A DNA stretch of 64,000 nt from Octopus sinensis (Eukaryota): the NCBI RefSeq assembly GCF_006345805.1, contig NC_043020.1, forward strand, positions 9,176,001-9,240,000, written 5' to 3'. The position numbers were made by a program, and so were the translations under genes. The notes beneath the pieces are model-generated. The model saw nothing but the letters and a program-made list of their open reading frames with translations. It ran no database searches and was not told the DNA's origin. Below are positions 1 through 12,000 of this stretch, in pieces (positions within the stretch are counted from its first letter, which is position 1; each line of letters starts with the position of its first letter).

Positions 1-224
1 GTATTGAAAGGGTTAAAATAAGTACCAGTTGAACATTGGGGGGGTCGGTGTAAACTCATCGCCTCCCCCGAAAATTGCTGCCCTTGTGGCGAAAAATTTG
101 AAACCAGTAATAATAAACTTGAATAAATATTGCTATGATGGCCCCTTATCAATTTTTTGTTCAATTCCTGGCACGGATTCATTTTTACAATACTCTGTCT
201 AATTCTTGATAATTTTTTCAGTTC

Positions 225-612
225 ACCATCCGTTCGTGTCCGTTGCCAGCCTTGCTTGGCCCCCGTGCCGGTGACACGTAAAAGCACCATCCGTTTCGTG
301 GCTGTTTGCCAGCCCTGTCTGGCCCCCGTGTCGGTGGCACGTAAAAGCACCATCCGTTCGTCAGCCTCGCCTGGCCCCTGTGCCGGTGACACGTAAAAGC
401 ACCATCCGTTTGCCAGCTCTGTCTGGCACCTGTGCAAGTGGCACGTAAAAAGCACCCACTACACTCACGGAGTGGTTGGCATTAAGAAGGGCATCCAGCC
501 GTAGAAACACTGCCAGATTTGACTGGGCCTGATGAAGCCTTCTGGCTTGACAGACCCCAGTTGAACCGTCCAACCCATGCTAGCATGGAAAACAGACGCT
601 AAATGATGATGG
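225..612 (+). mobile_element. RTE-3'-derived short element with internal ~60-bp tandem units
   Basis: Shared cacccactacactc...ggttggcattaagaagggcatccagc...cccatgctagcatggaaa...atgatgat end. More copies at 6175-6513, 6625-6790, 7300-7512, 8104-8635, 10210-10480, 32000-32150, 33090-33500, 44905-45150, 57360-57570, 62170-62500. Confidence 0.75.
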
Positions 613-1117
613 TCAAATAAGCATGAATAGCAATCAACATTGTTTAGAGCTTCCAAGACAAATGGAAGGATCCAAACCTCATTAAATTGGATCTATCTTC
701 CATATAAAACTATATTCCGAGTTCAGTTCTAGGTTAGCACCTCTCAAAGACAGAATTAGATTTTGGGTTTAGGGTTCTATAGAAGCAGCAATTTCTTCAA
801 AAAAATTTCAGTATAAACTTTTGGAAAATATGCTCAAAAAGGAAACAAAAACTATTCTGTGAATCTTCTCAGCTGCAAAAGCCTTTGTATCAATGATGGA
901 AGTATTTTCTTACGGTTTTGCTGAATTCACAAAACTGACTTCAGGGAATAAAATGACACAGCTGCACACATAAGTCTGTCTTCAGTTTATTTCTCCATAA
1001 GGAATCAAGAGGGCACTGCTTTCAGTACTGACCAGTTCTATACTACATACACACATGCGCGTTGGTAATCACCTACATGCTTTTTTATTACATACCACTA
1101 AATTGAAGGAAATAATC

Positions 1118-1290
1118 TTATTCCCTCTTTAGAGACATCAGATCTTATGAAACGATGAAAATGACTTGATGTCTCTAAAGTGTACAAAAATTTTATTCCC
1201 ACTTTAGAGACATCAGATCTTATGAAATGATGAAAATGACTTGATGTCTCTAAAGTGTCCAAAAATTGTATTCCCACTTTAGTGACATCA
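1118..1290. repeat. 75-bp tandem repeat x2.3, each full unit a hairpin
   Basis: ctttagagacatca...tgatgtctctaaag arms in each full unit. Confidence 0.8.
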
Positions 1291-2394
1291 TATCATGGAT
1301 GACCTGTGTCAAATTTGATAAAATCATCATCCACACACAGATGGGATGTATTCTTTTACTTGTTTCAGTCATTTGATTGCGGCCATGCTGGAGCACCGCC
1401 TTTAGTCGAGCAACTCGACCCCGGGACTTATTCTATCGGTCCCTTTTTGCCGCTAAGTGACGGGGACGTAAACACACCAGCATCGGTTGTCAAGCAATGC
1501 TAGGGGAACAAACATATATATATATATATATATACATATATACAACAGGCTTCTATCAGTTTCCATCTACCAAATCCACTCACAAGGCATTGGTTGGCCC
1601 GGGGCTATAGCAGAAGACATTTGCCCAAGATGCCACGCAGTGGGACTGAACCCGGAACCATGTGGTTGGTTAGCAAGCTACTTACCACACAGCCACTCCA
1701 GCGCCTGTAAAGAATTTTTTTTTAATAACTCATTTGAGAATTGCCCCTTTTTCTTATAGGTACACTAAACATTGTGTACAAAATGTATGAATTCAACGTG
1801 ACCCTACGCATGCCTCACCAAAATATTACCATGCCCCATGTCGGGAATCACAGAGTTAGATCTTAAATTAAAAAAAAAAACAAAAAACAAAAACAAATAG
1901 AGCAAAGTGTTTTCCTGACTCTCTAGGTGAGCAATTTTGTGGTGAGGGGGCAGTTGATTACATTGACTCTAGTACTTGATGGGTACTTTATCAGCCCCTA
2001 AAAGATGAAAGGTAAATTTGACCTTGGCGGGATTTGAACTCAAACTAGAAAAAGTATTTTATTCAAAGCTCTAACAATTCTGACAGCTTGATACCGTAAT
2101 GATAATAATCATCCTTCTTGCTCTAGGGACAAGGCCTGAAATTTTGGGGGTGGGTAGGTGGTGTCCCAGTCGATTAAATTGACTCCAGTATGCAACTGGT
2201 ACTTAATTTATTGACCCTGAAAGGTAAGGTCAATCTAGGCAGAATTTGAACTCAGGACAAAGACGGACGAAATGCTACTAACCAGTTTGCTGCTTTAATG
2301 ATAATTCTTTCTGATAGAGGCATTTTGGGGTAAGAGCAAATAGTCGATTTCATCGACCCCAATGTTTCACTGGTACTTAATTTATTGACCATGA

Positions 2395-2617
2395 AGGCAG
2401 CGAGGTGGCAGAAACGGTAGCACGCCGGGCGAAATGCGTAGCCGTATTTTGTCTGCCGTTACATTCTGGGTTCAAATTCCGCCGAGGTCGACTTTGCTTT
2501 TCATCCTTTTGAGGTCGATAAATAAAGTACGAGTTACGTACTGGGGTCAATATAATCGACTTAATCCCTTTGTTAGTCCCCTCTATGTTTAGCCCCTTGT
2601 GGGCAATAAAGAAATAT
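2395..2617 (+). mobile_element. SINE family A (tRNA-type A/B boxes plus Deu/Nin-like central domain), representative copy
   Basis: ggcagaaacg(t)tagc...gagttcaaattccgccgaggtcgactttgcctttcatcctttcggggtcgataa...aaagaaata. Other copies at ~11529-11760, 13687-13918, 16482-16745, 34980-35380 (x2), 37782-38010, 50215-50447, 52805-53035 (minus), plus many fragments. Confidence 0.85.
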
Positions 2618-2748
2618 ATTGACCATGAAAGGATGAAAGGCAAAGTCAACCTCAGTGGAAGTTGAACTCAGAATGATTCTGCCAGATAAATAATAATTCT
2701 GCCTTCTAATTAATAATCCTTTCTACTAAAAGCACTTAATTGCCCATA

Positions 2749-2978
2749 GGCATATGGAGTAGTGGTTAAGAGTGTGGGCTACTAGCCCCAAGATTCCGAG
2801 TTCAATTCCAGGTAGTGACCTGAATAATAATAATAACAACATTGAAAAATACCTTAGGAATGAGAACTCAGGTTCAAAATTTCCCCAAGACACCTGATGA
2901 AGGCTGGAGAGTATATCAGGTGAAACATTGTGTTAACAACAAACAAGATGAGGACAAATATCCATCAAATGTAAATAA
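2749..2978 (+). mobile_element. SINE family E (tRNA head with a Penelope-like 3' end)
   Basis: tRNA-like head with gagttcaattcc B box; tail cctgatgaaggc...gaaac; fragments at 10491-10690 and 41520-41640. Confidence 0.65.
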
Positions 2979-4070
2979 TAGAACTGTAAAAGCACAATGC
3001 CTGAAATTTTAGGGGAGTGGGGGGGGGGGCTAATTGATAGCATTGGCCTTTGTGTGGCATTTGAACCGAGAATGTAAAGACGGATGAAATGCTGCTAAGC
3101 CAGCAATTTTGACTCCAAAAAGGATAAAAGTCAACCTTGGTGGAATTTGAACTTAGAATCAAAGGACATGAAATGCCACTAAGCATTTTACCTCTTGTGC
3201 TAATGATTCTACCAGGTTGCTGACTTCCAAAAGACACCTAAACAAGAATTACAATTTTCAATGGAAGACAACTTAGAACCATGGGAACACAAGGTACAAA
3301 AGATTCAAAGTGAACAATAGGTAAATGCACCAAAAGCACATCAAATGTATTCATCCCATCTTCAGCTGCCTATCAATTATCATTATGATTTTGATACCAT
3401 TCAATCTGGGAGTGTAAAAACTGCTTGGAAATGAAAGAAGTTGGTTAAAATATTAGTACAAAGTTCATTGTACTTACATCTAGTTACTGTTACAAAGCAT
3501 AAATAATATAAAATTGACTAAAACAAACCATAATGAAAATATTCATTATATAAACAACCTGGAACTGATAGGTAGCAAAGACTTGTCCCTTCACTTAATT
3601 GCTGTTTGCCAACAAATAATCGTTTGTAATCTATGAATGAAGATCTAGAATTGTGTAATAGGATAAATGAGTGTCAAAGTAATTCATTTCCAATTTTCCA
3701 TAAAAACATGTCTTCCTACAGTGAAGCCGGTGGTGGTTGGCAACAGGAAGGACACCTGTGGGAAATCTGCTTCAACAAATTCCAAATTCCACCTGACCCA
3801 AGACACTGAAGTGGCGATGATCGTTTATTTCTCGCAAAGTTAGCAGAAGAGTCATTAAAAAAGAGATGTCAGGAGAGAAAAAAAAAAGGGGGGTGGGGCA
3901 TTTTATGAAACCTTTATTAGTCTTTAATTAGATAAAAACAGCAATTGTTACATGAAAATATTAAATTAACTGAATCCCCAATTAGGGATGATAATGGGAT
4001 CAGTGATGTGGAGTGGCAGTTCTGATGAAAGTGAAGTCAAACAAGCAATAGATAAATAATTAAAAGCTGG

Positions 4071-4103
<33 letters not shown>

Positions 4104-4409
4104 GTCAGATGCATACACACAGAAAATTAGATACATTAGCACACATACATATTTAAGAAATTTTTCGAGAGCTCCAGGGCTCATAAATGCCAGTTTCCAT
4201 GACATATGACTGAGATCACACTACTCCCCACTGAAAGGGCCACCAGTCCATTTGCAGGGTTCACGACGAGCAATATTCAGTACATTACTTGACTGGACTT
4301 TATCTACCCCAAAGGGATGAAAGGCAGATTTCACCACAGCCGTATTTTAACTCAGAATGTTAAGAACCATGATAAGGATTCTGCCATCTTGCAGCCATAT
4401 ATATAAATA

Positions 4410-5773
4410 TATATATAAATGTAGATGTATTTTATTTTTAGAAGGAAAAGCTTGACAGTGACAATAGCTACAAGATCTGGCATAGATCTCTTCAACAGGT
4501 CATAAAGTACTTTTGATTTTCCAAGTTGCATATACAGGTTTTGGTTCATCTGATGGGTGGAGCAATGTAGTGGCAAAATAGCCAGAGAAAGGCAACTTGG
4601 AGTCACTGCTAACATTTTCCATGTAAAACTAAAATACACGACACTCTTCTTACACATGCATACACACACACACATCGTCATTTAGCATCCAATTTTCCAT
4701 GGATTAGATGGAATATAATTAAGTAAATTCTCTACAACCTGATGCCCTTGTTCTCACCAACCCATACCTGTTTTCAGACAAGATGAAATTTTCCACAAAA
4801 CACTGCATATAGACAATAGACATCAAAATATATATATAAATAGACAGATAGTGATATATAAATATTATACATATAGACATCCATGCAAACAATATAAGAA
4901 GACCTCCATATATACAGACATACAATAATATATATACTTCTAATATAGGATAAAATTTTTTTCAAAATAAAAATTTCATCCAAGTGGCCAGCATATTAAA
5001 ATACCTTTAAAAGGTGAAAATTATAAACAAGGGCAAAAGAAAAAAAATCTTTTTTCTTTTGCCCTTGTTTATAATTATATATATATGGATGCTGGCTTTG
5101 TTGGGTGGAGGTACTTATTTTTAACTATGGCTATATGCATTGTGTGTGAGTGTACATCATCATCATCGTAAAACGGACGCTAAATGATGATGATGATGAT
5201 GTACACTCACACACAATGCATATAGCCAAAGTTAAAAATAAGTACCTCCACCCAACAAAGCCAGCATCCAGAGACTAGTTACAGGGTAGTTGCGCTTTAG
5301 TACCTAAATGTACTTAGGAGAAAAAGGAAAAAAAAATTCATTTGCAAAAAATAAAATGAAAAGCAAATCGACAGCAACAACCTCGACAAACAGAGCAGAG
5401 TTGATCAGGCCATGTTTGACAAACAAAGCTGGAAGCTGATTAACTCTGCTGGTGTTACCATGGTAACAAAGAATCCTGATGCTTCAAGGTGGTCGACGAC
5501 AACGGTGATGAGAAGAATGAAGAAGAAGGGAAAATGGTTGCGACATGGTGCCATTTAAGTGTGGAGGAGTTGTGTAGAGTGCAGGGTGGGGTGCTGACTG
5601 ATGAAACAAGACGTGGATGAGGAGGTGGAGCAGTTTGAGAGGTCAAGTGTGAGAGGTCATGCATGAGGTCAGTTGTGGTTTGGAGATGAAAGGTCAATAA
5701 TGGAACATTGGGTACGAGTTGTCAGCAAGGGCAGGTCAGGTATAAGAGGTCCATAAAACAGATGACCGACTGG
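4410..5773 (-). other. Putative Mis18 3' UTR
   Basis: No long ORF after the stop; the first canonical minus-strand AATAAA I found by eye is at 4436-4431. Confidence 0.4.
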
Positions 5774-6079
5774 TCATCCATTGGACAGCTCAGAGAAGCT
5801 GCCACTGGTGTCTCCCTCACTTGAAGACAAATTGCCATGTAGTTCTATGGAATCAGTCTGCACTTGGCTGCTGCTATTAGAGGTGATGGTGGTGCCCCTG
5901 GACAATGTGATGTCCTCACTGTTGGAGAGATGGTCTTCGTTATTCCCCTCTTCACTGACGTTACCATTCCTACCATCATGGTCGTCGATGTCACCAATAT
6001 TATTGCTTCCTCGGACAATTCCCAGCTTCTTTTCAATCAATGTCAGGCGTTCGTTGAGGCTTACCAGGACACACTTGAT
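5774..6079 (-). CDS. MIS18A: Mis18 terminal coding exon (C-terminal helix plus S/N/D/E-rich tail)
   Basis: (ct)n-acag|ATC AAG TGT acceptor; IKCVLVSLNERLTLIEKKL then low-complexity tail to TGA at 5776-5774. Confidence 0.8.
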   Translation of the reverse strand: MKCVLVSLNERLTLIEKKLGIVRGSNNIGDIDDHDGRNGNVSEEGNNEDHLSNSEDITLSRGTTITSNSSSQVQTDSIELHGNLSSSEGDTSGSFSELSNG

Positions 6080-7509
6080 CTGTAGAGAGAGAGAGAGGAA
6101 GAGAGGGAGTGAAGTAAAGACATGGTATTGTAAGACAAGCATCACTGTTGTTATCGATTATCTACAGAGTATCATCATCATCATCATCATTGTTTAACGT
6201 CCGTTTTCCGCGCTAGCACGGGTTGGACGGTTCGACTGGGGTCTGGGAAGCCAGGGGCTGCTCCAGGCTCCAGTCTGATCTGGCAGAGTTTCTACGGCGG
6301 GATGCCCTTTCGAACGCCAACCACTCCGCGAGTGTAGTGGCTGCTTTTTACGTGCCACCTGCACAGGTGCCAGGGGGGGGGGTCCGGCATCGGTCACGAT
6401 CACGTTAAAAGCTCCAACCGATCGTGACCGATGCCGGACCCCCCCTGGCACCTGTGCAGGTGGCACGTAAAAAGCACCCACTACACTCGCGGAGTGGTTG
6501 GCGTTAGGAAGGGCTACAATACTTGTTGTTATCCATATTGAAACAACAGGATATTTGCTTGCAATTTCTAGCAGGCTAACAATAGATGACCCCCACCCTC
6601 CAATAGGCAGCAAAAACTATATATATCATCATCATCATCATCATCATCATCGTTTAACGTACGTTCTCCATGGTAGCATGGGTTGGACGGTTTGACCGGG
6701 GATCTGGGAAGCCAGAAGGCTGCACCAGGCTCCAGTCTTATCTGGCAATGTTTCTACAGCTGGATGCCCTTCCTAACGCCAACCACTCCGTGCATCAATA
6801 TAAAAATCGAAGAAATTGGAGTCGACAAGGAGGAGGAGGAGGATGGTTGGACAGTTATTTTGTAATCACTACAATTGTTTCCACTCAACATGGTTTCCTA
6901 AAAGTACAGGTATTTTGATTATGCAACTGTTTGTTTGCATAATAAGATCTAGTTGTGTTTCCTCAGGTGATATTTAAATGTTGTCTCCGTTAGTTTAAAA
7001 TTGACTTAATCCCTTCGTCTCTCCTTGTTTGCTCCCTCTATGTTTAGCCCCTTGTGGGTAATAAAGAAATAAGAAACGTTAGCATGCCAGGCGAAATGCG
7101 TAGCGGTATTTCGTCTACCGCTACGTTCTGAGTTCAAATTCTGCTGGGTTCGACTTTGCCTTTCATCCTTTCCAGGTTGATAAATTAAGTACCAGTTGCA
7201 TACTGGGTCAATTTAATCAACTGACCCCATCCCCCAAAATTTCGGGCCTTGTGCCTAGAGTAGAAAAGAATTATGTCATGCTTGAAAAGAAGACCCATTA
7301 AGCTGAGCAAAACGGCAGGCATGGCAGATACTGGTGTCACACAAATGGCACATAAAAGCACCCATTTCACTCACAGAGTAGCTGGCATTAGGAAGGGCAT
7401 CCAGCTGTAGAAAACCATGCCAAATCAGACTAGAGCCTGGTGCAGCCTTCCAAACCAGTCAAACTCTTCAACTCATGCCAGCATGGACAACGGACGTTAA
7501 ATGATGATG

Positions 7510-7545
<36 letters not shown>

Positions 7546-8979
7546 ACATACATACATACATACATACAATGGGCTTCTTTCAGTTTCCATCTACCAAATC
7601 CACTCACAAGGCTTTGGTTGTCTCGAGGCTATGGTAGAAGATACTTGTCCAAGAAGCCACACTTTGGATAGGATTGAACCTGAGAACAAATTGTTGAGAA
7701 GCTTTACAACCACTGAGCCACATCTGTGCCTTATATTTTAAAAATATATCAGAGACTACAGCATTGTCTAATGTCCCTGTACTTCTTTTCAGCTGCTATT
7801 TCTAGCAGATCAATTGGCCACTAATGTAGCAGACTGATAACGCATTGCAGATGCTGCAACAATGACAGGTGAACGAAAGCACATCTTACCGGATCAATGT
7901 ATTCAAGCTGTGTGATGTCTTTGTAGGTACCTTCTTGTCCTGTCTGGTAACTGAAATAAAAACAAAAAGTTACACATTTTAAACTATTGTTTGGTTAGCC
8001 ACAAAGGACAGAACGTCTCCAAGTAAAACAATATATCCCTCCATGGCCGGACATGTCTCAGAAAACGGCTTGCATTTTGGTGTGACACTCACTCACAAAT
8101 ACTCATCATCATCGTTTAATGTCCGCTTTCCATGCAGCCATGAGTTGGACGGTTTGACTGAGGACTGGCAAACCAGGAGGCTGCACCAGGCTCCAATCTG
8201 ATGTGGCAAGGTTTCTACAGCTAAATGCCCTTCCTAATGCTAACCACTCTACAAATTGATAATATATATATATACTCTGCTTGCGAAGACCTGTTGAGGC
8301 AAGTGAAATCGGAATCAAAATAACTCAAAAATCAATGGAAATTGTAGTTGTGATACCAGTGCCAGTGGCACATGAAAGAACCATCCGAACGTGGCCATTG
8401 CCAGCGCTGCCCCGACTGGCCTCCGTACCGGTGGCATGTAAAAGGCACCAACCAATCTTGGCACGTAAAAAGCACCCACTACACTCACGGAGTGGTTGGC
8501 ATTAGGAAGGGCATACAGCTGTAGAAACACTGCCAGATCAGACTGGGCCTGGTGCAGCCTCCTGGCTTCCCAGACCCCAGTCGAACCGCCCAACCCATGC
8601 TAGCATGGAAAGCGGACGTTAAACGATGATGATAATGATATACATACAAGGCTTTCATGAGGCTTTAAAAAAAATCTCATATATATACACATATATAACA
8701 GTGAATCCAAACGAAGAAAAAACAACAATGTGAGGACGTGGTACAAGTAATGTATTATCAGACGCTCAGGAAAGGACGCAAAGGAGATTGAACATTTCGA
8801 GCAAAGCTCTTCTTCAGAAATAGAGGAAAGTTCAAAAGAACCGAAGATGGTGGAAGAAGATCACCAACGATTCGCATGTGGTTACATTTTGAAATGACAT
8901 ACATAATATTTGTGCACGGGTGTCACACCGAAATGAAAGCCGGTTTCTTTGCTTCCAACCTTCTGAGACATGTCTGGCC

Positions 8980-9038
<59 letters not shown>

Positions 9039-12000
9039 GCATAATGGGCTTCTTACAGTTTCCGTCAACCAAATCCACTTACAAGGCTTTGGTTGGCTTG
9101 AGGGTATAGTAGAAGACACTTGCCCAAAGTACCGTGCAGTGTGACTGAACCCAGAACCATGTGGTTGGGAAGCAAGCTTCTTACCACACAATCACACATT
9201 ACGTATGATTTAAGTTATAGAACGAAGTTTGACCAATTCAATCATATTTTTCTCAAATAGCGGAGATAAGGTGTTAATATGGGATAAAATATTGATTCAA
9301 TTCGCTAGACGATCATTTCATATGGAAAGGCAATAAAATCATTTTAAGACAAAATAAGAACTTAAAAGAGTTTCTGTCTATCAAACCCATTCACAATGCT
9401 TTGGTCAGCCTGAGGCCATATTATAAGGCACAGGCCCAAAGTGCCATGCAGTGGGACTGAACCCAGAACAATTTGGTTGGGAAGCAAGCTTCTTACCACA
9501 CAGCCATGCCTGTGTAATATCATTATTTAACCCTTTAGCATTCAAATTATTCTGTCAAATGTAAAGCTTATGTATTCACACCATGTAAAAATTAATCTTG
9601 CATCATTTCATGGCTTTGAGATTTCAATGATGTGATTGTTTATTTTTAAAATGACACAATAAGATAGCTATGAATGACCATATCTGACTAATTTGAACAT
9701 AAAATAAGTAGAATATTTTGGCCGGATATGGCCGGTTTAAACACTAAAGGGTTAACGTCTGTTTTCTATGCTGGCATGAGTTAGAGGGTTTGACAGGAGC
9801 CAACAAGCCAGAGGACTGCATTAACTTCCAATGTCCTTTTCAACATTCTGCAACAAGAAGGATGAAGGATGTCTGGTCATTGGAAACCAGCCTCAATAAA
9901 CTCCCTCCGACCCATGCAAGCACAGAAAAATTGATATCAAAACAAAATAACTTGTGGTACTTACATGGAAATTTGGTTGACATGAAATGTGAACAAACCT
10001 CGAAACTGGTCAAAATCGTAATATGTGGAATGGAAAAACTTGCCAATGATCCGTCGACATCCTTTGCAGGAGAGTTTACTGTAGGTGCTGCAACAGATGG
10101 GAAAGAAAGCACAGGTAAATGGAATAAAGAAGCACCACAGGTATGGTAGTAAGTAATAAAACAGTATATATATATATTTTTTTGTCTTGCAAGGTACCTG
10201 GTAACCCTGTCACTGCAGGTGCCACTTAGAAAGCACCCAGTCCACATTGTAAAGTGGTTGGCATTTGGAAGAGCATCCAGCTATAAAAACCTTGCCAAAA
10301 CTGTCCTTGCCCGTGCTTGAGCCACGTAAAAAGCACGAAGTCCACTCTGCTGGGTGGTTGGTGTTAGGAAGGGCATCCAGCTGTAAAAATCTTGCCAAAA
10401 CAGTTACAGAAGTTTGGTGCAGGCTTCTGTAAAAGTGTTCCATCCATGCCATCATGGAAAGCAAACGTTAAACGATGATGAAGATACATTATTTACATTT
10501 TGACGGATATTTGTCCTCATCTTGTTTGTTGTTAACACGTTTCGGCTGATATACCCTCCAGCCTTCATCAGGTGTCTTGGGGAAATTTCGAACCTGGGTT
10601 CCTTAGCTAAAACGGGCTAACAACAAACAAGATGAGGACAAATATCCATCAAATGTAAATAATTCCTCATCTCTTAAATATAGAACTGGATGATGATGAT
10701 ATTTGAGGCCATCTAGGGTAGCTGATGGGGTACAATAGTGGGGAGCCAAACACCATATATTTAAGGTTATTCAGGGCTAATTGAGGTGCTATAGTTGTAA
10801 AGAGTGACATAATATATTTAGGAGCACCTAGGGTAGCTGATATTAGTTGTAAAGAATAAGGTACTCCTTATTCTTGGTACCTAGAGTGCTGATGGAGTAC
10901 CCTTAAATATATGGTGTCTGGTGCCATATATTTAAGGGTATTCAGGGGTAGCTGCAGTGGTATAGTAAGGGGTACCTAGCTGATATTGTGCAACAGTACA
11001 AAGTCATATTTCTAAAAGTATTCAAAGGTACCTGAGGTACTTGTAGTAGTAACAGCAGGCAAGATGCAATATATTTAGGGGTACTCAAAGGCTTACAGTT
11101 GTACAGTACCTTATATATTGTACAGGCATCCTGGGTCGTAAGGGCTGTGGTAAATGAGGTGATGTTGGTGTAGACTGTACATGTAGGGTACCTCAAACAC
11201 AGGTGAAAGAAAATCTTACCTTATTTGATTACTTTCAGATCGCTGGATCAAGATTTCTTCATCTACGATAACAAAATCACTTGCCTCTAAGAGAAGAAAA
11301 GGAAGAATGGAGGAGAAAACAATCAGAGAAAATTAAGAATTGGATGAAGAATTAGGAGAATCCATCTTTTATCTTTTACTAGTTAGATTATGACCATTTT
11401 GGGGCATTTTGGTTGAAGTGACCTCAGTCACTTTGATTTTTAAAGCCTGGTGCTAATCTATTTGTACCGTTTGCTGAAGCTCTAAGTTACGGGGATGTAC
11501 ACAAACCAACACCGGTTGTCAAATTATAAGGCGGCGAGCTGGCAGAAACGTTAGCACGCCGGGCGAAATGCTTAGCGGTATTTCGTCTGCTGTTACGTTG
11601 TGAGTTCAAATTCCGCCGAGGTCGACTTTGCCTTTCATCCTTTCGGGGTCGATAAATTAAGCACCAGTTACGCACTGGGGTCGATGTAATCGACTTAATA
11701 CTATGTCTGTCCTTGTTTGTCCCCTCTGTGTTTAGCCCCTTGTGGGTAATAAAGAAATAGGTTGTCAAATAGTGGTGGGCAAATAAGGATACATTCATTC
11801 ATAGCCTTGCTTCCAAACAACACAGTTCTGGGTTCATTGACCAATAGAATAAGTACTAAGCTTAAAAAAGTACTGGGGTTGAATTTTTGGAAGGTGGTGC
11901 CCCAGCATGGCCACAGTTTAATGACTGAAACAAGTACAAGACAAAAGACATACAATTGACTAATTAACTCTACGAAGTCCACTCGCATGGCATCGGTCAG

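Noticed and set aside
7760-7830. Possible extra exon DLLEIAAEKKYRD
   Set aside because: The ctagaaatagcagc word recurs at ~6560 and ~20955 as a repeat remnant, and the phases do not fit.
7854-7889. 36-nt in-frame read-through of Mis18 exon 4, or a 36-nt intron
   Set aside because: There is no GT/GC donor after the extension, the intron would be implausibly short, and the frame stops soon after.
9790-10149. 119-aa plus-strand ORF
   Set aside because: Antisense shadow of Mis18 exon 3 plus repeat sequence.
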